Positions 29,367 through 40,500 of a DNA stretch of 64,000 nucleotides are shown here, one piece after another; position 1 is the stretch's first letter; each line of letters opens with the position of its first letter. The DNA comes from a virus. A program made the position numbers and the translations under genes. The notes under the pieces are model-generated. The model did not search any database. It saw only the letters and a list, made by a program, of their open reading frames with translations, and was not told the DNA's origin. Location: IMG/VR virus record IMGVR_UViG_3300017761_003320, positions 91,202 through 155,201 of that record; one strand, written 5' to 3'.

Positions 29367-30209
29367 ATGGCCACAAACAAATATTTTCGCAACTATAGCT
29401 ATGGACGAGAGCAAAGGGTAGAGGATGATCTAACCGTCGAGGCGATCAAAATTTATGGTGTTGATGTGCAATATATGCCACGTACCATATTCAATGAGAT
29501 TGAAGAATTTGGTGAAGATCCTCTATCAAAATTTGATCTAGCAGTACCCATCGAAGTTTATGTCAATAACCTTGAGAATTTTCAAGGCGAGGGTGATTTT
29601 CTTAGCAAATTCAATCTGGAAATTCGTGATCAGATTACTCTTACAATGGCCAGGCGGCGTTGGGATCAAATTCGTACAGAAAAATTATTTGATGAAGTTG
29701 GAAATGCATATCTTACTGAAGATAATCCTGCAATCTATTCATCAAATACTGATAACTATCTTTTGGAATCTGGCAGCGCAAATGGTTATTCTATTTCATC
29801 ATCGCGGCCTCTTGAAGGCGACTTGATTTATGTTCCGTTTATAAACAATGGAAACGGCGCTATCTATGAAGTAAAATTTGTTGAGCATGAGCGCGTCTTT
29901 TATCAGCACGGTAAGCTGTACACATATGAAATGACATGTGAATTATTCCGTTATAGCTCGGAACGTCTTGACACCGGCAATAATGATATTGATATAATTG
30001 AAACCCGACTAACTCAAGATATCTTAAATTATAATTATCTAATGGAAAATTCAGATACCATGATATCTGAAGATGGTGGTTATATAGTTCAAGAATTCCG
30101 TTTAGAAAATATACTAGGATCTGCAAATAATGAGCTATTTACGCAGAAATCATTTATAGACGTAGACTTCAGCGAGCGTAACCCATTTAGCGAGGTAGAT
30201 AGGTATTAA
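29367..30209 (+). CDS. gp14: Neck protein
   Basis: EAIKIYG.DV.YMPR, GEGDFLSKF.LEIRDQ, RPLEGDLIY.P, FVEHE..FYQ.GK, DFSERNPF. Confidence 0.93.
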   Translation: MATNKYFRNYSYGREQRVEDDLTVEAIKIYGVDVQYMPRTIFNEIEEFGEDPLSKFDLAVPIEVYVNNLENFQGEGDFLSKFNLEIRDQITLTMARRRWDQIRTEKLFDEVGNAYLTEDNPAIYSSNTDNYLLESGSANGYSISSSRPLEGDLIYVPFINNGNGAIYEVKFVEHERVFYQHGKLYTYEMTCELFRYSSERLDTGNNDIDIIETRLTQDILNYNYLMENSDTMISEDGGYIVQEFRLENILGSANNELFTQKSFIDVDFSERNPFSEVDRY

Positions 30210-30211
30210 TC

Positions 30212-31126
30212 ATGCCAATATTCGGCTCTTCCTTCTATCATCAGACGCTTAGAAAATATGTTATCACTTTTGGTAACATGTTTAATGATATGACAGTCAG
30301 TCGTATAGATTCTACAGGCAAAACAATTCAAACTTTAGGAATACCTATTTCATATAGTCCTAAAGAAAAATGGTTAGCTAGATTAAAAGATAATCCCGAT
30401 CTTACATCTCAAGTACAGACGGTTTTACCTAGACTATCATTTGAGATAACTGGATTTGAATATGATGGTACCCGTCGTCTTCAATCTTTAACTAGAAATG
30501 TTTCTACAAATTCTAATGGTTCTTTTAAATATCAGCGTACACCAGTTCCATGGAATTTAAATTTCTCGTTATATTCATATGTAAGAAATGCCGATGACGG
30601 TGTTCAAATTATGGAACAGATTCTTCCTTATTTTGGGCCAGAGTGGACAAATACATTAAACTTGATTCCTGAAATGGGTATCAAGATGGATGTACCAACT
30701 ATACTTACGGGTATGAATATAGAAGATACCTATGAAGGTGATTATGAAAATCGTAGAGCCCTCATATACACATATAATTTTACAATGAAATGTTGGTTCT
30801 TTGGTCCTGTGCGCACACCTGCTAATGATGGTGGTATTATTCGTCGCACTATACTTAATTTTCATTCCATGGATACTAATCTTAGAGCAAATACTCTTTA
30901 TGGTATTACCGTCGATATCACAGATGAAGAAATTGATAGATCACTTACAACATCTCGTGTTACTATACAGCCAGGATTATTTGCTAACGGAGTCGGCACC
31001 GCTAATAGTGCTGCATCAATAAATCGTAATTTAATAGCGGCCAATTCAGATTGGAAATATGCACCTAATACATTTTTCTATCCTAGTGGTGTGAAATATG
31101 ATCCAATAACAGGTCAGGATTCTTAA
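30212..31126 (+). CDS. gp15: Tail sheath stabilizer / tail terminator
   Basis: FYHQTLRKYV..FGNMFND, PISYSPKEK, LPRLSFEI, QIMEQILPYF.P, YEGDY..RR. Confidence 0.93.
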   Translation: MPIFGSSFYHQTLRKYVITFGNMFNDMTVSRIDSTGKTIQTLGIPISYSPKEKWLARLKDNPDLTSQVQTVLPRLSFEITGFEYDGTRRLQSLTRNVSTNSNGSFKYQRTPVPWNLNFSLYSYVRNADDGVQIMEQILPYFGPEWTNTLNLIPEMGIKMDVPTILTGMNIEDTYEGDYENRRALIYTYNFTMKCWFFGPVRTPANDGGIIRRTILNFHSMDTNLRANTLYGITVDITDEEIDRSLTTSRVTIQPGLFANGVGTANSAASINRNLIAANSDWKYAPNTFFYPSGVKYDPITGQDS

Positions 31127-31127
31127 A

Positions 31128-31547
31128 ATGAGCAGTTTACATGATGCTTTAAATCTACCAGAAGTTCAGAAAAAAGAAACTCTGCCAGCAGTAATAGATC
31201 AGACTGAAACTTCTGATGATCTTGAAATTGATTATAAAGAAGCACGAAATAATTTAAAAGATGTCATAGGTAAGGGTAAAGAAGCCCTTGAGAATCTTTT
31301 GACAATGGCAAAAGACCTTGATTCACCTCGTGCATATGAAGTTGTAGGTCAGCTTATCAAGACGATATCTGATGTAAATAAAGATTTGATCGATATTCAC
31401 AAACGCAATAAAGATATCAGAGGCGAAGCCGCAGGTCCTAGCACAGTGGTGAATAATGCTGTATTCATAGGTAGCACGGCCGATCTGCAAGCAATCATAA
31501 ACGGTCGCAAGGAAGATATCATAGACGGGCAAACTTCTGATGTCTGA
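31128..31547 (+). CDS. gp16: Terminase small subunit
   Basis: DY..AR.NL, SPRAYEVVGQLIKT, NNAVFIGSTADLQ. Confidence 0.93.
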   Translation: MSSLHDALNLPEVQKKETLPAVIDQTETSDDLEIDYKEARNNLKDVIGKGKEALENLLTMAKDLDSPRAYEVVGQLIKTISDVNKDLIDIHKRNKDIRGEAAGPSTVVNNAVFIGSTADLQAIINGRKEDIIDGQTSDV

Positions 31548-33165
31548 TAATTATCTGGGCAATCCTACTTTAAAAAAAGCTGGTGTTAAGATAAACTTCA
31601 CGGAAGATCAAATCCGTGAATATCATAAGTGTGCTACAGATCCTGAATATTTCATTCAAAATTATATGAAGATTGTCAGCGTTGACCGCGGTTTGATAAA
31701 TTTTGGTTTATATCAATATCAGCGCAAGATGGTTCGCACCTTTAAAGATAATAGATTCTCGATATGTAAGATGCCTCGTCAGTCAGGTAAATCTACCACT
31801 GTTACTGGATATATGTTGTGGTTGATATTATTTCATGACAATCAAAGCATTGCCATTCTAGCTAACAAAGGTAGTCTTGCGCGAGACATGCTTGCCAAAA
31901 TTCAGCTTGCATATGAACATATACCAAAGTGGATGCAGCAAGGTATCGTCATATGGAACAAAGGTAATATTGAACTTGAGAATGGTTCAAAGATATTAGC
32001 ATCTGCAACTTCAGCTAGCGCGATTCGCGGTGGTTCATATAATCTGATCTTTCTAGATGAATTTGCATTCGTACCACGCAATATCGCTGAAGAATTTTTT
32101 GCATCCGTTTATCCTACGATTAGCTCTGGTAAGACTTCTAAGATCATAGTCGTATCGACACCTAACGGTCTGAATCATTATTACAAGATGTGGGTTGATG
32201 CGACTGAGAAACGTAGCGAATACGTACCAATTGAAGTGCATTGGCGCGATACACCAGGTCGTGATGATAAGTGGCGCGAACAAACAATTCGCAATACCAG
32301 CGAAGAACAATTCAAGCAAGAATTTGAAACCGAGTTTCTTGGAAGTACGCTTACTCTTATTTCAGGTTCAAAACTTCGTTCTATGGCATTCCGAAATGTA
32401 ACCAGAGATGGTTGGGGTGTCGATATCTATCATCAACCTGAATATAAGCATACCTATGCTATCATGGTCGATACTGGTCATGGTGTTGGTCTTGATTATT
32501 CTGCTTTTAGTGTGATAGATGTGTCACAGGCTCCATATAGACTTGTTGCAAAATATAAAAACAATAATGTAGTTCCATCATTTTATCCAGAAATTATTGC
32601 CAGATATGCTAAGGCCTATAATAATGCTTATATCTTGGTAGAAACTAATGATGTAGGTAAAACAATCGCGGAAGTTTTACATCGTGATCTTGAGTGTGAT
32701 AACGTATTATCCACTATACAAATGGGTCGTGGTGGTCAACAGCTTAGTGCCGGATTCTCAGGTAGATCACAATTAGGTGTTACCACTTCAAGGTTTGTGA
32801 AAGCTGTTGGTTGTGCTAATTTAAAAGAGTTAATCGAAGGTGATAAGCTTATCATCGAAGATTTTGATACTATTGAAGAACTTTCAAATTTTGTATCAAA
32901 AGGCAATTCTTTTGAGGCCGAAGAGGGTTATAATGATGACCTTGTGATGACATTGGTTTTATTTGGTTGGCTAACAAAACAACTTTTCTTTAAAGAGCTA
33001 ACTGATATAGATATTAGACACCGTATAGCTGAGGAAAAGCTACGGGAGATGGATGAAGATTTGTTGCCGGCAGGTTTTTATGATGACGGTACAATGGATG
33101 ATCCGATGTCATTAGATGGCACTTCGGGTGATGGCGAATGGTTTGATCGATGGAGCCGAGTCTGA
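31540..33165 (+). CDS. gp17: Terminase large subunit
   Basis: YLGNP.LK, KMPRQSGKST (Walker A), IFLDEFAF, VSTPNG, DDLVM; uninterrupted. Confidence 0.97.
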   Translation: MSDNYLGNPTLKKAGVKINFTEDQIREYHKCATDPEYFIQNYMKIVSVDRGLINFGLYQYQRKMVRTFKDNRFSICKMPRQSGKSTTVTGYMLWLILFHDNQSIAILANKGSLARDMLAKIQLAYEHIPKWMQQGIVIWNKGNIELENGSKILASATSASAIRGGSYNLIFLDEFAFVPRNIAEEFFASVYPTISSGKTSKIIVVSTPNGLNHYYKMWVDATEKRSEYVPIEVHWRDTPGRDDKWREQTIRNTSEEQFKQEFETEFLGSTLTLISGSKLRSMAFRNVTRDGWGVDIYHQPEYKHTYAIMVDTGHGVGLDYSAFSVIDVSQAPYRLVAKYKNNNVVPSFYPEIIARYAKAYNNAYILVETNDVGKTIAEVLHRDLECDNVLSTIQMGRGGQQLSAGFSGRSQLGVTTSRFVKAVGCANLKELIEGDKLIIEDFDTIEELSNFVSKGNSFEAEEGYNDDLVMTLVLFGWLTKQLFFKELTDIDIRHRIAEEKLREMDEDLLPAGFYDDGTMDDPMSLDGTSGDGEWFDRWSRV

Positions 33166-33174
33166 TGGCTTTTT

Positions 33175-33182
33175 TATAAATA
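33175..33182 (+). promoter_or_regulatory. Late promoter TATAAATA
   Basis: Exact T4 gp55 consensus upstream of gp18. Confidence 0.85.
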
Positions 33183-33227
33183 TCGTGGATGGGAAATTAC
33201 ATCAGATATCTCTAGGAGGAAATGATC

Positions 33228-35159
33228 ATGCCATTTCAAATCTCTCCCGGCGTGAATGTCAGCGAAATTGATTTGTCAACGATCGTCCCTGCCGTAAGCA
33301 CGACGACCGGTGGTATCGCTGGACATTTTCATTGGGGCCCGGTTCAAAAACGTGTATTGATTGATACTGAGGACAATCTTGCACTGCAATTTGGTAGACC
33401 AGATGCTAACACAGCTGATTCATTTTTTACAGCCGCTAGCTTTCTCGGTTACGGAAATCAGCTATTTGTAGTTCGCGCCATTAATGAAGCTGGCAGTACT
33501 ACAAATGCACGTAATGCCACAACAAATGCAGCCAATACAACAAATACCGTCATTAAAAATGATGATGACTATGATCTAAATTATTCTAGCGGTATTTCTG
33601 GTGTTGGTAATTGGGTTGCAAAATATCCAGGTGAACTTGGTAATTCGCTTCGTATTTCAGTTTGTCCATCAGCAAATGCGTGGACAAGCACACTGACAGG
33701 TACACTTGCTTTCACTAATAATAGCACGACTGTCACAGGTACTACAACAACATTCAATAATCAAATTCGCGCCGGTGATATTCTTCTTGCTGGGCCTGAC
33801 AAATATGAAGTAAAAGTTGCATCTGTAGCTAACAATACAAGTTTAACTCTACAATCAAGATATGTCGGGAATACTGTAGCTTCACAGTCAAGTGTAACTC
33901 GTCGTTGGGAATTTTATAATTATTTTGATGCTGCTCCAGGTTCATCTGAATATGTGTCAAAGCAAGGCGGCTCTGGTGATGAGATGCATATTGTTGTGGC
34001 CGATGAAGATGGATTATGGTCAGGGCGTGCTAATACCGTAATTGAGCGTTTTGCTGGTGTGTCGAAAGCAAATGATGCTTTGACACAAGATGGTGGAACT
34101 AATTATTACAAAGAAGTCGTCAATCAAAGATCACAATATGTTTGGTGGACATCACAACTTACAGGTATTACAAATGCAGGTAAGGCATCTTCTGGTGTAA
34201 GCTTTGGTGTTGGTACTCAATCTCGTCCAATTAATGCATCATTTGTATTAGGTCGTGATGGAGCTCCACCACGCTCTGCTGATTATATTGTCGGCTATAA
34301 CAAATTTGCCAATCCTGAAGAAGTTGATGTATCATTGATTCTTACAGGTGATAGTAATCAAACAAAAGCTGTACATATCATTAATAATATAGCAGAAGTC
34401 CGTAAAGACTGTATTGCAGTTATTTCTCCGCGTCGTTCAGATGTGGTTAATAATTCCAGTTATATCGGTAAAGAGACTGAAGATTCAATTACATTCCGTA
34501 ATCTTCTACCATCATCTTCATATGCTGTCCTTGATAGCGGATACAAATACATCTATGACAAATATAATGATCTATACCGCTATGTTCCGCTGAATGGTGA
34601 TACAGCTGGTCTAATGGTTCGTACTGATAATGAGCGTGATCCATGGTTCTCACCTGCTGGGTTTAATCGTGGTCAAGTCAAAAATGTAATTAAGCTATCA
34701 TTCAATCCTACAAAAAGCCAACGTGATCAGCTTTATAAGAACGGTATCAACCCTGTTACTACATTCCCAGGACAGGGTACGGTGCTTTTTGGTGATAAGA
34801 CATTGCTTGCGAAGCCCTCAGCTTTTGACCGCATCAATGTTCGTCGCCTCTTTATCACTCTTGAGAAGGCAATTAGCACGGCCGCAAAATTCACTCTGTT
34901 TGAGTTCAATGATGAATTTACGCGCGCTCAATTCCGTAATCTTGTCGAACCATTCTTACGTGATGTGCAAGGCCGTCGCGGTATCTATGATTTCCGTGTT
35001 GTCTGCGATGAATCAAACAATACTCCTGAGGTTATTGACCGTAATGAGTTTGTTGGTGATATCTATGTGAAGCCGGCTCGCTCGATTAATTTCATTCAGC
35101 TGAACTTCGTCGCGGTCCGCACCGGCGTCGAGTTCACCGAAATCGTCGGTCAGTTTTAA
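33228..35159 (+). CDS. gp18: Tail sheath protein
   Basis: SPGVNVSEIDL, PWFSPAGFNRG, GDKT....PSAFDRINVRRLF, KPARSINFIQLNFVA. Confidence 0.97.
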   Translation: MPFQISPGVNVSEIDLSTIVPAVSTTTGGIAGHFHWGPVQKRVLIDTEDNLALQFGRPDANTADSFFTAASFLGYGNQLFVVRAINEAGSTTNARNATTNAANTTNTVIKNDDDYDLNYSSGISGVGNWVAKYPGELGNSLRISVCPSANAWTSTLTGTLAFTNNSTTVTGTTTTFNNQIRAGDILLAGPDKYEVKVASVANNTSLTLQSRYVGNTVASQSSVTRRWEFYNYFDAAPGSSEYVSKQGGSGDEMHIVVADEDGLWSGRANTVIERFAGVSKANDALTQDGGTNYYKEVVNQRSQYVWWTSQLTGITNAGKASSGVSFGVGTQSRPINASFVLGRDGAPPRSADYIVGYNKFANPEEVDVSLILTGDSNQTKAVHIINNIAEVRKDCIAVISPRRSDVVNNSSYIGKETEDSITFRNLLPSSSYAVLDSGYKYIYDKYNDLYRYVPLNGDTAGLMVRTDNERDPWFSPAGFNRGQVKNVIKLSFNPTKSQRDQLYKNGINPVTTFPGQGTVLFGDKTLLAKPSAFDRINVRRLFITLEKAISTAAKFTLFEFNDEFTRAQFRNLVEPFLRDVQGRRGIYDFRVVCDESNNTPEVIDRNEFVGDIYVKPARSINFIQLNFVAVRTGVEFTEIVGQF

Positions 35160-35182
35160 GGCGCGGTAGGAGGAAATAAGAC

Positions 35183-35740
35183 ATGGCTTTTAATGTCTCA
35201 GAATTTGCATCAGCAGGCCTCCCGCTTGGTGGTGCCCGCCCATCGCTCTTTAGTGTCATTGTCGATACACCATCTGGTGTACCGAACGTGGGAGCTAGAA
35301 TTTCATTCACATGCCGCGCAACGCAAATTCCGCAAAGCACGGTTGGTGTGATTGAACAAGCCTACTACGGTCGCCGCATCAAGATTGCAGGTACTCGCAC
35401 ATTCCAGAATTGGAGAGTCGATATCCTGAATGATGAAGATTTTCAGGTGCGTTCGGCAATGGAAATTTGGAGCAATGCGATTAATTCGCATCAATCAAAT
35501 CTACGAGCACCACAGCTAGCAACATCTGCTTCATACCGCACTACCGCGACTGTGACGCAATATGCTAAGACTGGTGAGGCTCTGCGTACATATCGGTTTG
35601 TAAATATCTTTCCGACAGAAATCGGAGCCATTGATCTGGCTTGGGATCAAGGTGAACAGATTGAAACATTCCCGGTAGAATTTGCATATGATTACTGGGA
35701 TCTAGTAAACCCAGGTACAACTGGCACGCTAGCGGTCTAA
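35183..35740 (+). CDS. gp19: Tail tube protein
   Basis: GGARPSLF, YYGRRIKIAG.RTF..W...ILNDEDF, IFPTEIGAIDL.W, F.VEFAYDYW. Confidence 0.95.
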   Translation: MAFNVSEFASAGLPLGGARPSLFSVIVDTPSGVPNVGARISFTCRATQIPQSTVGVIEQAYYGRRIKIAGTRTFQNWRVDILNDEDFQVRSAMEIWSNAINSHQSNLRAPQLATSASYRTTATVTQYAKTGEALRTYRFVNIFPTEIGAIDLAWDQGEQIETFPVEFAYDYWDLVNPGTTGTLAV

Positions 35741-35765
35741 TCTAAAACCACTAACGGAACTACCG

Positions 35766-35800
35766 ATAGGTCCTCTAAATATAGCGGACCTATTTTTTTT
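35766..35800 (+). terminator. Rho-independent terminator with a late-promoter box (CTAAATA) in its loop
   Basis: ATAGGTCC...GGACCTAT stem followed by a T run, between gp19 and gp20. Confidence 0.75.
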
Positions 35801-35811
35801 GAGGGATTCTC

Positions 35812-37548
35812 ATGGCTATAGAGCTATTTGGCTTCCGTATCGGCAAGGCTGACGAAGACGCCAAAAGGGCTGTACAGATTCCGTCATTCGTTCCGGAACA
35901 GAAGGATGACGGCGCGGTTGAAATCGCACCTGGCGGCGCTTACGGAACATTCGTTGATTTAGAAGGCACTGCTAAAAGCGAGGCTGAGCTTATTACTCGC
36001 TATCGCGAAATGTCTATGAATCCTGAAGTTGAAGCTGCGGTAGATGATATTGTCAATGAAGCATTAGTGACAGATCAAGATGCATCTGTTGTTCGTCTTT
36101 CTATGGATGATCTCAAACAACCTACACGTATTAAGAAACGTATAGAAGAAGAATTTGATGAAATTCTTGAGCTATTAGATTTTTCAAATATTTGTTATGA
36201 GATATTCCGTCGTTGGTATATTGATGGTCGTCTTTATTATCATATCATGATTGATGTATCTAATCCTCGTGATGGTATTAAAGAGCTGCGTTACGTTGAT
36301 CCTCGCCGCATTCGCAAGGTGCGCGTACCTCAGAAAAAAGAAAATGGTGATGCGACTAAGGATAAGAATCCTACAGTCCCTGCTTATTCAGAATATTATT
36401 TGTATAATCCTGCAGGCCTTGCAGGTGCAGCCTATTCACAAGGCATCAAGATTTCACCTGATTCAATCTGCTATGTAAATTCAGGTATGCTTGATAATCG
36501 CAATCGCATGGTACTATCACATCTGCATAAAGCTATTAAGCCTCTTAATCAGACACGCATGTTAGAAGATGCGGTTGTGATCTATCGTCTAAGCCGTGCA
36601 CCAGAACGACGCATATTTTATATTGATGTAGGTAATTTACCTAAGCCTAAGGCCGAGCAATATCTGCGCGATATGATGATTCGTCATAAGAATCGTCTGG
36701 TATATGATGCATCAACAGGTGAAGTTCGTGATGACCGCAAGTTCATGACCATGCTTGAAGATTTCTGGTTGCCGCGCCGCGAAGGCGCTCGTGGTACAGA
36801 AATTACTACATTACCTGGTGGTCAAAATTTAGGTGAGATGGCAGATGTTGATTATTTCAGAAAGAAATTATATCAATCACTGTCAGTACCAATTTCACGT
36901 CTTGAGCCAGATGGTCAATTTAGTTTAGGTCGCTCAAATGAAATTACTAGAGATGAAGTAAAATTCTCTCGTTTCATTGGTCGTCTTCGTCATCGTTTTA
37001 CAATGCTATTTGATCATCTAATGGAAATTCAGCTTGCGCTTAAAGGTGTGATGTCACGCGAAGAATGGCGTGAGATGCGGTCATATATCAAATATGATTT
37101 CCAGAAAGACAATTATTTTTCAGAGCTAAAAGATCAAGAGGTATTGACATCTCGTCTACAGCTGCTGAATACAATATCACCTTATATCAATCAATTCTAT
37201 ACAAAAGAATGGGTGCAGAAAAACGTTCTTCGATTTACTGATGAACAGATCGAAGAAATGGAATCTGAGATGGAAGAGGCTTCGGCCGATCAGATGGATC
37301 AAGCAATTCAGGCTAAGAAAACTGAACCTGAACAGATGCCGGATGAACCAAAACCACAAACAAATGAAAATTATGATAATGAATCTATGGTAAATAAACC
37401 ATTAACAGAACAAGAGCAGGCTCTAGTAAGAAACATGACTTTTGTCATGGAATCACTAGAAAATGATCATCCGGTAGATATAACTAATATAGATTTATCA
37501 GAGATTGATGATTTTATCGATAATAGAACAAGAGGGTTAAAGCGGTGA
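35812..37548 (+). CDS. gp20: Portal protein
   Basis: [72 protein letters not shown]. Confidence 0.97.
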   Translation: MAIELFGFRIGKADEDAKRAVQIPSFVPEQKDDGAVEIAPGGAYGTFVDLEGTAKSEAELITRYREMSMNPEVEAAVDDIVNEALVTDQDASVVRLSMDDLKQPTRIKKRIEEEFDEILELLDFSNICYEIFRRWYIDGRLYYHIMIDVSNPRDGIKELRYVDPRRIRKVRVPQKKENGDATKDKNPTVPAYSEYYLYNPAGLAGAAYSQGIKISPDSICYVNSGMLDNRNRMVLSHLHKAIKPLNQTRMLEDAVVIYRLSRAPERRIFYIDVGNLPKPKAEQYLRDMMIRHKNRLVYDASTGEVRDDRKFMTMLEDFWLPRREGARGTEITTLPGGQNLGEMADVDYFRKKLYQSLSVPISRLEPDGQFSLGRSNEITRDEVKFSRFIGRLRHRFTMLFDHLMEIQLALKGVMSREEWREMRSYIKYDFQKDNYFSELKDQEVLTSRLQLLNTISPYINQFYTKEWVQKNVLRFTDEQIEEMESEMEEASADQMDQAIQAKKTEPEQMPDEPKPQTNENYDNESMVNKPLTEQEQALVRNMTFVMESLENDHPVDITNIDLSEIDDFIDNRTRGLKR

Positions 37549-40500
37549 CCTTATCCATAGAAGCAGCCAAAATACTTGCCGCAGCATTAAAAGCTGCTAG
37601 AAATGAATCTGACCGCGTTGAAAATAAGCTGCTTGATGAAATTCGTAGAATACCTCAGGGTCCTGAGGGTCCCCAGGGCCCATCTGGTGGGCCTGCTGGT
37701 CCTAAAGGTGATCGTGGTCTTCCTGGTATACCTGGTCCAGTAGGAGCGCAAGGCCCTAAAGGTGAAAATGGCGAAAGGGGTTTCATTGGACCTGCAGGTC
37801 CACAAGGTGAAAAGGGTGATCGCGGTCCAGTGGGTCCAGTTGGTCCTCGGGGTCCTGCAGGAGACGTGTCCGCTGTTGAAGAAAAACTTACTAACAAATT
37901 TGATGAGTTTTCACAAAGAATTAGCTCTCAAGCAACTCGTCTTGCATTAGCAGCAAAGCATGGTGGATCTGGTGAGACAAAATTAAATCGTCTTGATGAT
38001 GTTGACATCAATTCTGTTGATTCTGCTACAAATGGACAAGCTCTTGTATGGAATAGCACATTAGGTAAATGGCAAGCTAATACAGTTGGAGGTGGTTCTA
38101 CTAATAATTTCACCACTACTATTCAAACACAAGCCATCATTCCTGCGGCTAATAATACATATAATTTAGGTACTGCAGGTCGGCGTTTTGCTAATTTATA
38201 TCTAAGTGGTAGCACAATATTCTTAGGTAATACCACATTAAAATCTAGCACAACAGGCCAGCTTAAGGTTATTACAAAAACTGGCCAGGTAGAAAATTTA
38301 GTATCAAATGCGTATCTAACTTCTACCTTTCAAACTAAAGCCATTGAGCGTGCTGCTCTGGCTAATACAAATCTTGCTGTTACAAATGTCAAAAATAATC
38401 TGACATCTACAAATACTGCACTTCGCACATTGATTGCGGATAGATTACAAATTGCTAATGCTGCTACTTTGTATGCCACAAAAAGTAATCCAACAACATC
38501 AGGTACGCTAAGTCATACTGGTCGAGCTACAGTTAGCACAAACTTTACAGTATCTGGTAATACACAGCTTAGTGGTCTTATAGCTAACAATTCTAAAGGT
38601 TCTTATAATCAAATTTTAAGAACTAATGGATCTACTATATTTTGGGCCGATGAACCTCCCGCTGGGGGTGGCGTAACAACAGCAACATTTAATTCTGCTT
38701 TAGCCAATACCAATAGAGGTATTAGTAATTTAAATACAAATCTTTTGAGTTCCAATGCATCATTGCGCAGTCTGATAGGAGATAGACTGCAAGTATCTAA
38801 TGCTGCTGCAACCTATCAGACTAAAGCTATTGAGCGTGCTGCTTTAGCCAATACAAATCTATCAATCAATAATGTCAAAACAAATTTGACATCAACAAAT
38901 ACTGCACTTCGCACATTGATTGCGGATAGATTACAAATTGCTAATGCTAATGCTAAATTTGCAACAAAAGCATATGCAGCATCAAATGCTTATGTAAAGC
39001 AGATTCTTGCCAATACAAATGCATACATCGCATCTATAGTTTCAGGTGGAGGTGGTGTATCAGTAGGTACATTTAATTCTGCACTTGCAAATACAAATCT
39101 TGCAATTGGTAATCTTAACACCAATCTTACTAGCACTAATACCGCATTACGTCTTTTGATTTCTAATAGATTGCAGGTTGCTAATGCTGCTGCAACCTAT
39201 CAGACTAAAGCTATTGAACGTGCTGCTTTGGCCAATACAAATGCTTTCATCAAAGCTCAGTTAGCCAATACAAATTTGTCAATTAGCAATGTCAAGACTA
39301 ATCTGACATCAACAAATACCGCATTGCGTCTGCTAATTAATGATCGGTTGCAAGTCGCAAATGCTGATTTAAAATATTCTACAAATACATTCTCACGTAT
39401 TATTGTAGGCGCTAATAGTATATTTGCCGATAGCAAAGGTGATTCTTTAACTTTAGTCGCTGGTGCCAATATTACCATTGCGGCAAATCCTGGCTCTGAT
39501 ACTATCACTATCGCATCCACAGGAGGTGGTACTGGCGGTGTATCTGAAAGCACATTTAATGCGGCCTTAGCTAATACTAATCTTGCTATCACAAATGTTA
39601 AAGGTAATTTAACTAGCACTAATACTGCTCTCCGTATATTGATTGCAGATAGATTGCAGGTTGCTAATGCCGCAACAACTTATCAGACAAAAGCTATTGA
39701 ACGCGCAGCCCTAGCTAATACCAATGCTTTTATTAAATCACAGTTGGCTAATACTAATCTTGCCATCACCAATGTCAAGTCTAATCTGTCATCAACCAAT
39801 ACTGCACTTCGCACATTAATCTCTGATAGATTACAAGTTGCTAATGCAGCCGCAATCTATCAAACAAAAGCTACAGAACGTGCGGCTTTAGCTAATACAA
39901 ATGCATTCATCAAATCTCAATTAGCTAATACAAATCTATCAATTAGCAATGTCAAGACCGGTCTGACATCAACCAATACTGCACTTCGCACATTGATTTC
40001 TGATAGATTACAGGTAGCTAATGCTGCCGTTATCTATCAAACAAAAGCTGTTGAACGTGCGGCCTTAGCTAATACAAATGCATTTATCAAATCACAATTG
40101 GCTAATACAAATGCTTTCATTAAATCGCAATTAGCCAATACCAATCTATCAATTAACAATGTCAAGACCAACTTGACATCAACCAATACTGCACTTCGCA
40201 CACTTATCAATGATCGCTTGCAAGTATCAAATGCAGTGGCCACTTATCAGACTAAGGCGGTTGAACGTGCAGCTTTAGCTAATACCAATCTTGCTATTGG
40301 TCGTCTGAATACAAATCTGACTGGCACAAATACTGCGCTTCGTACGTTAATTTCCGATAGACTGCAAGTGTCTAATGCTGCTATAATTTATCAAACTAAG
40401 ACGATTGAACGTGCGGCCTTAGCTAACACCAATCTTGCTATTGGTCGTCTGAATACAAATCTGACTGGCACAAATACTGCGCTTCGTACGCTAATCAATG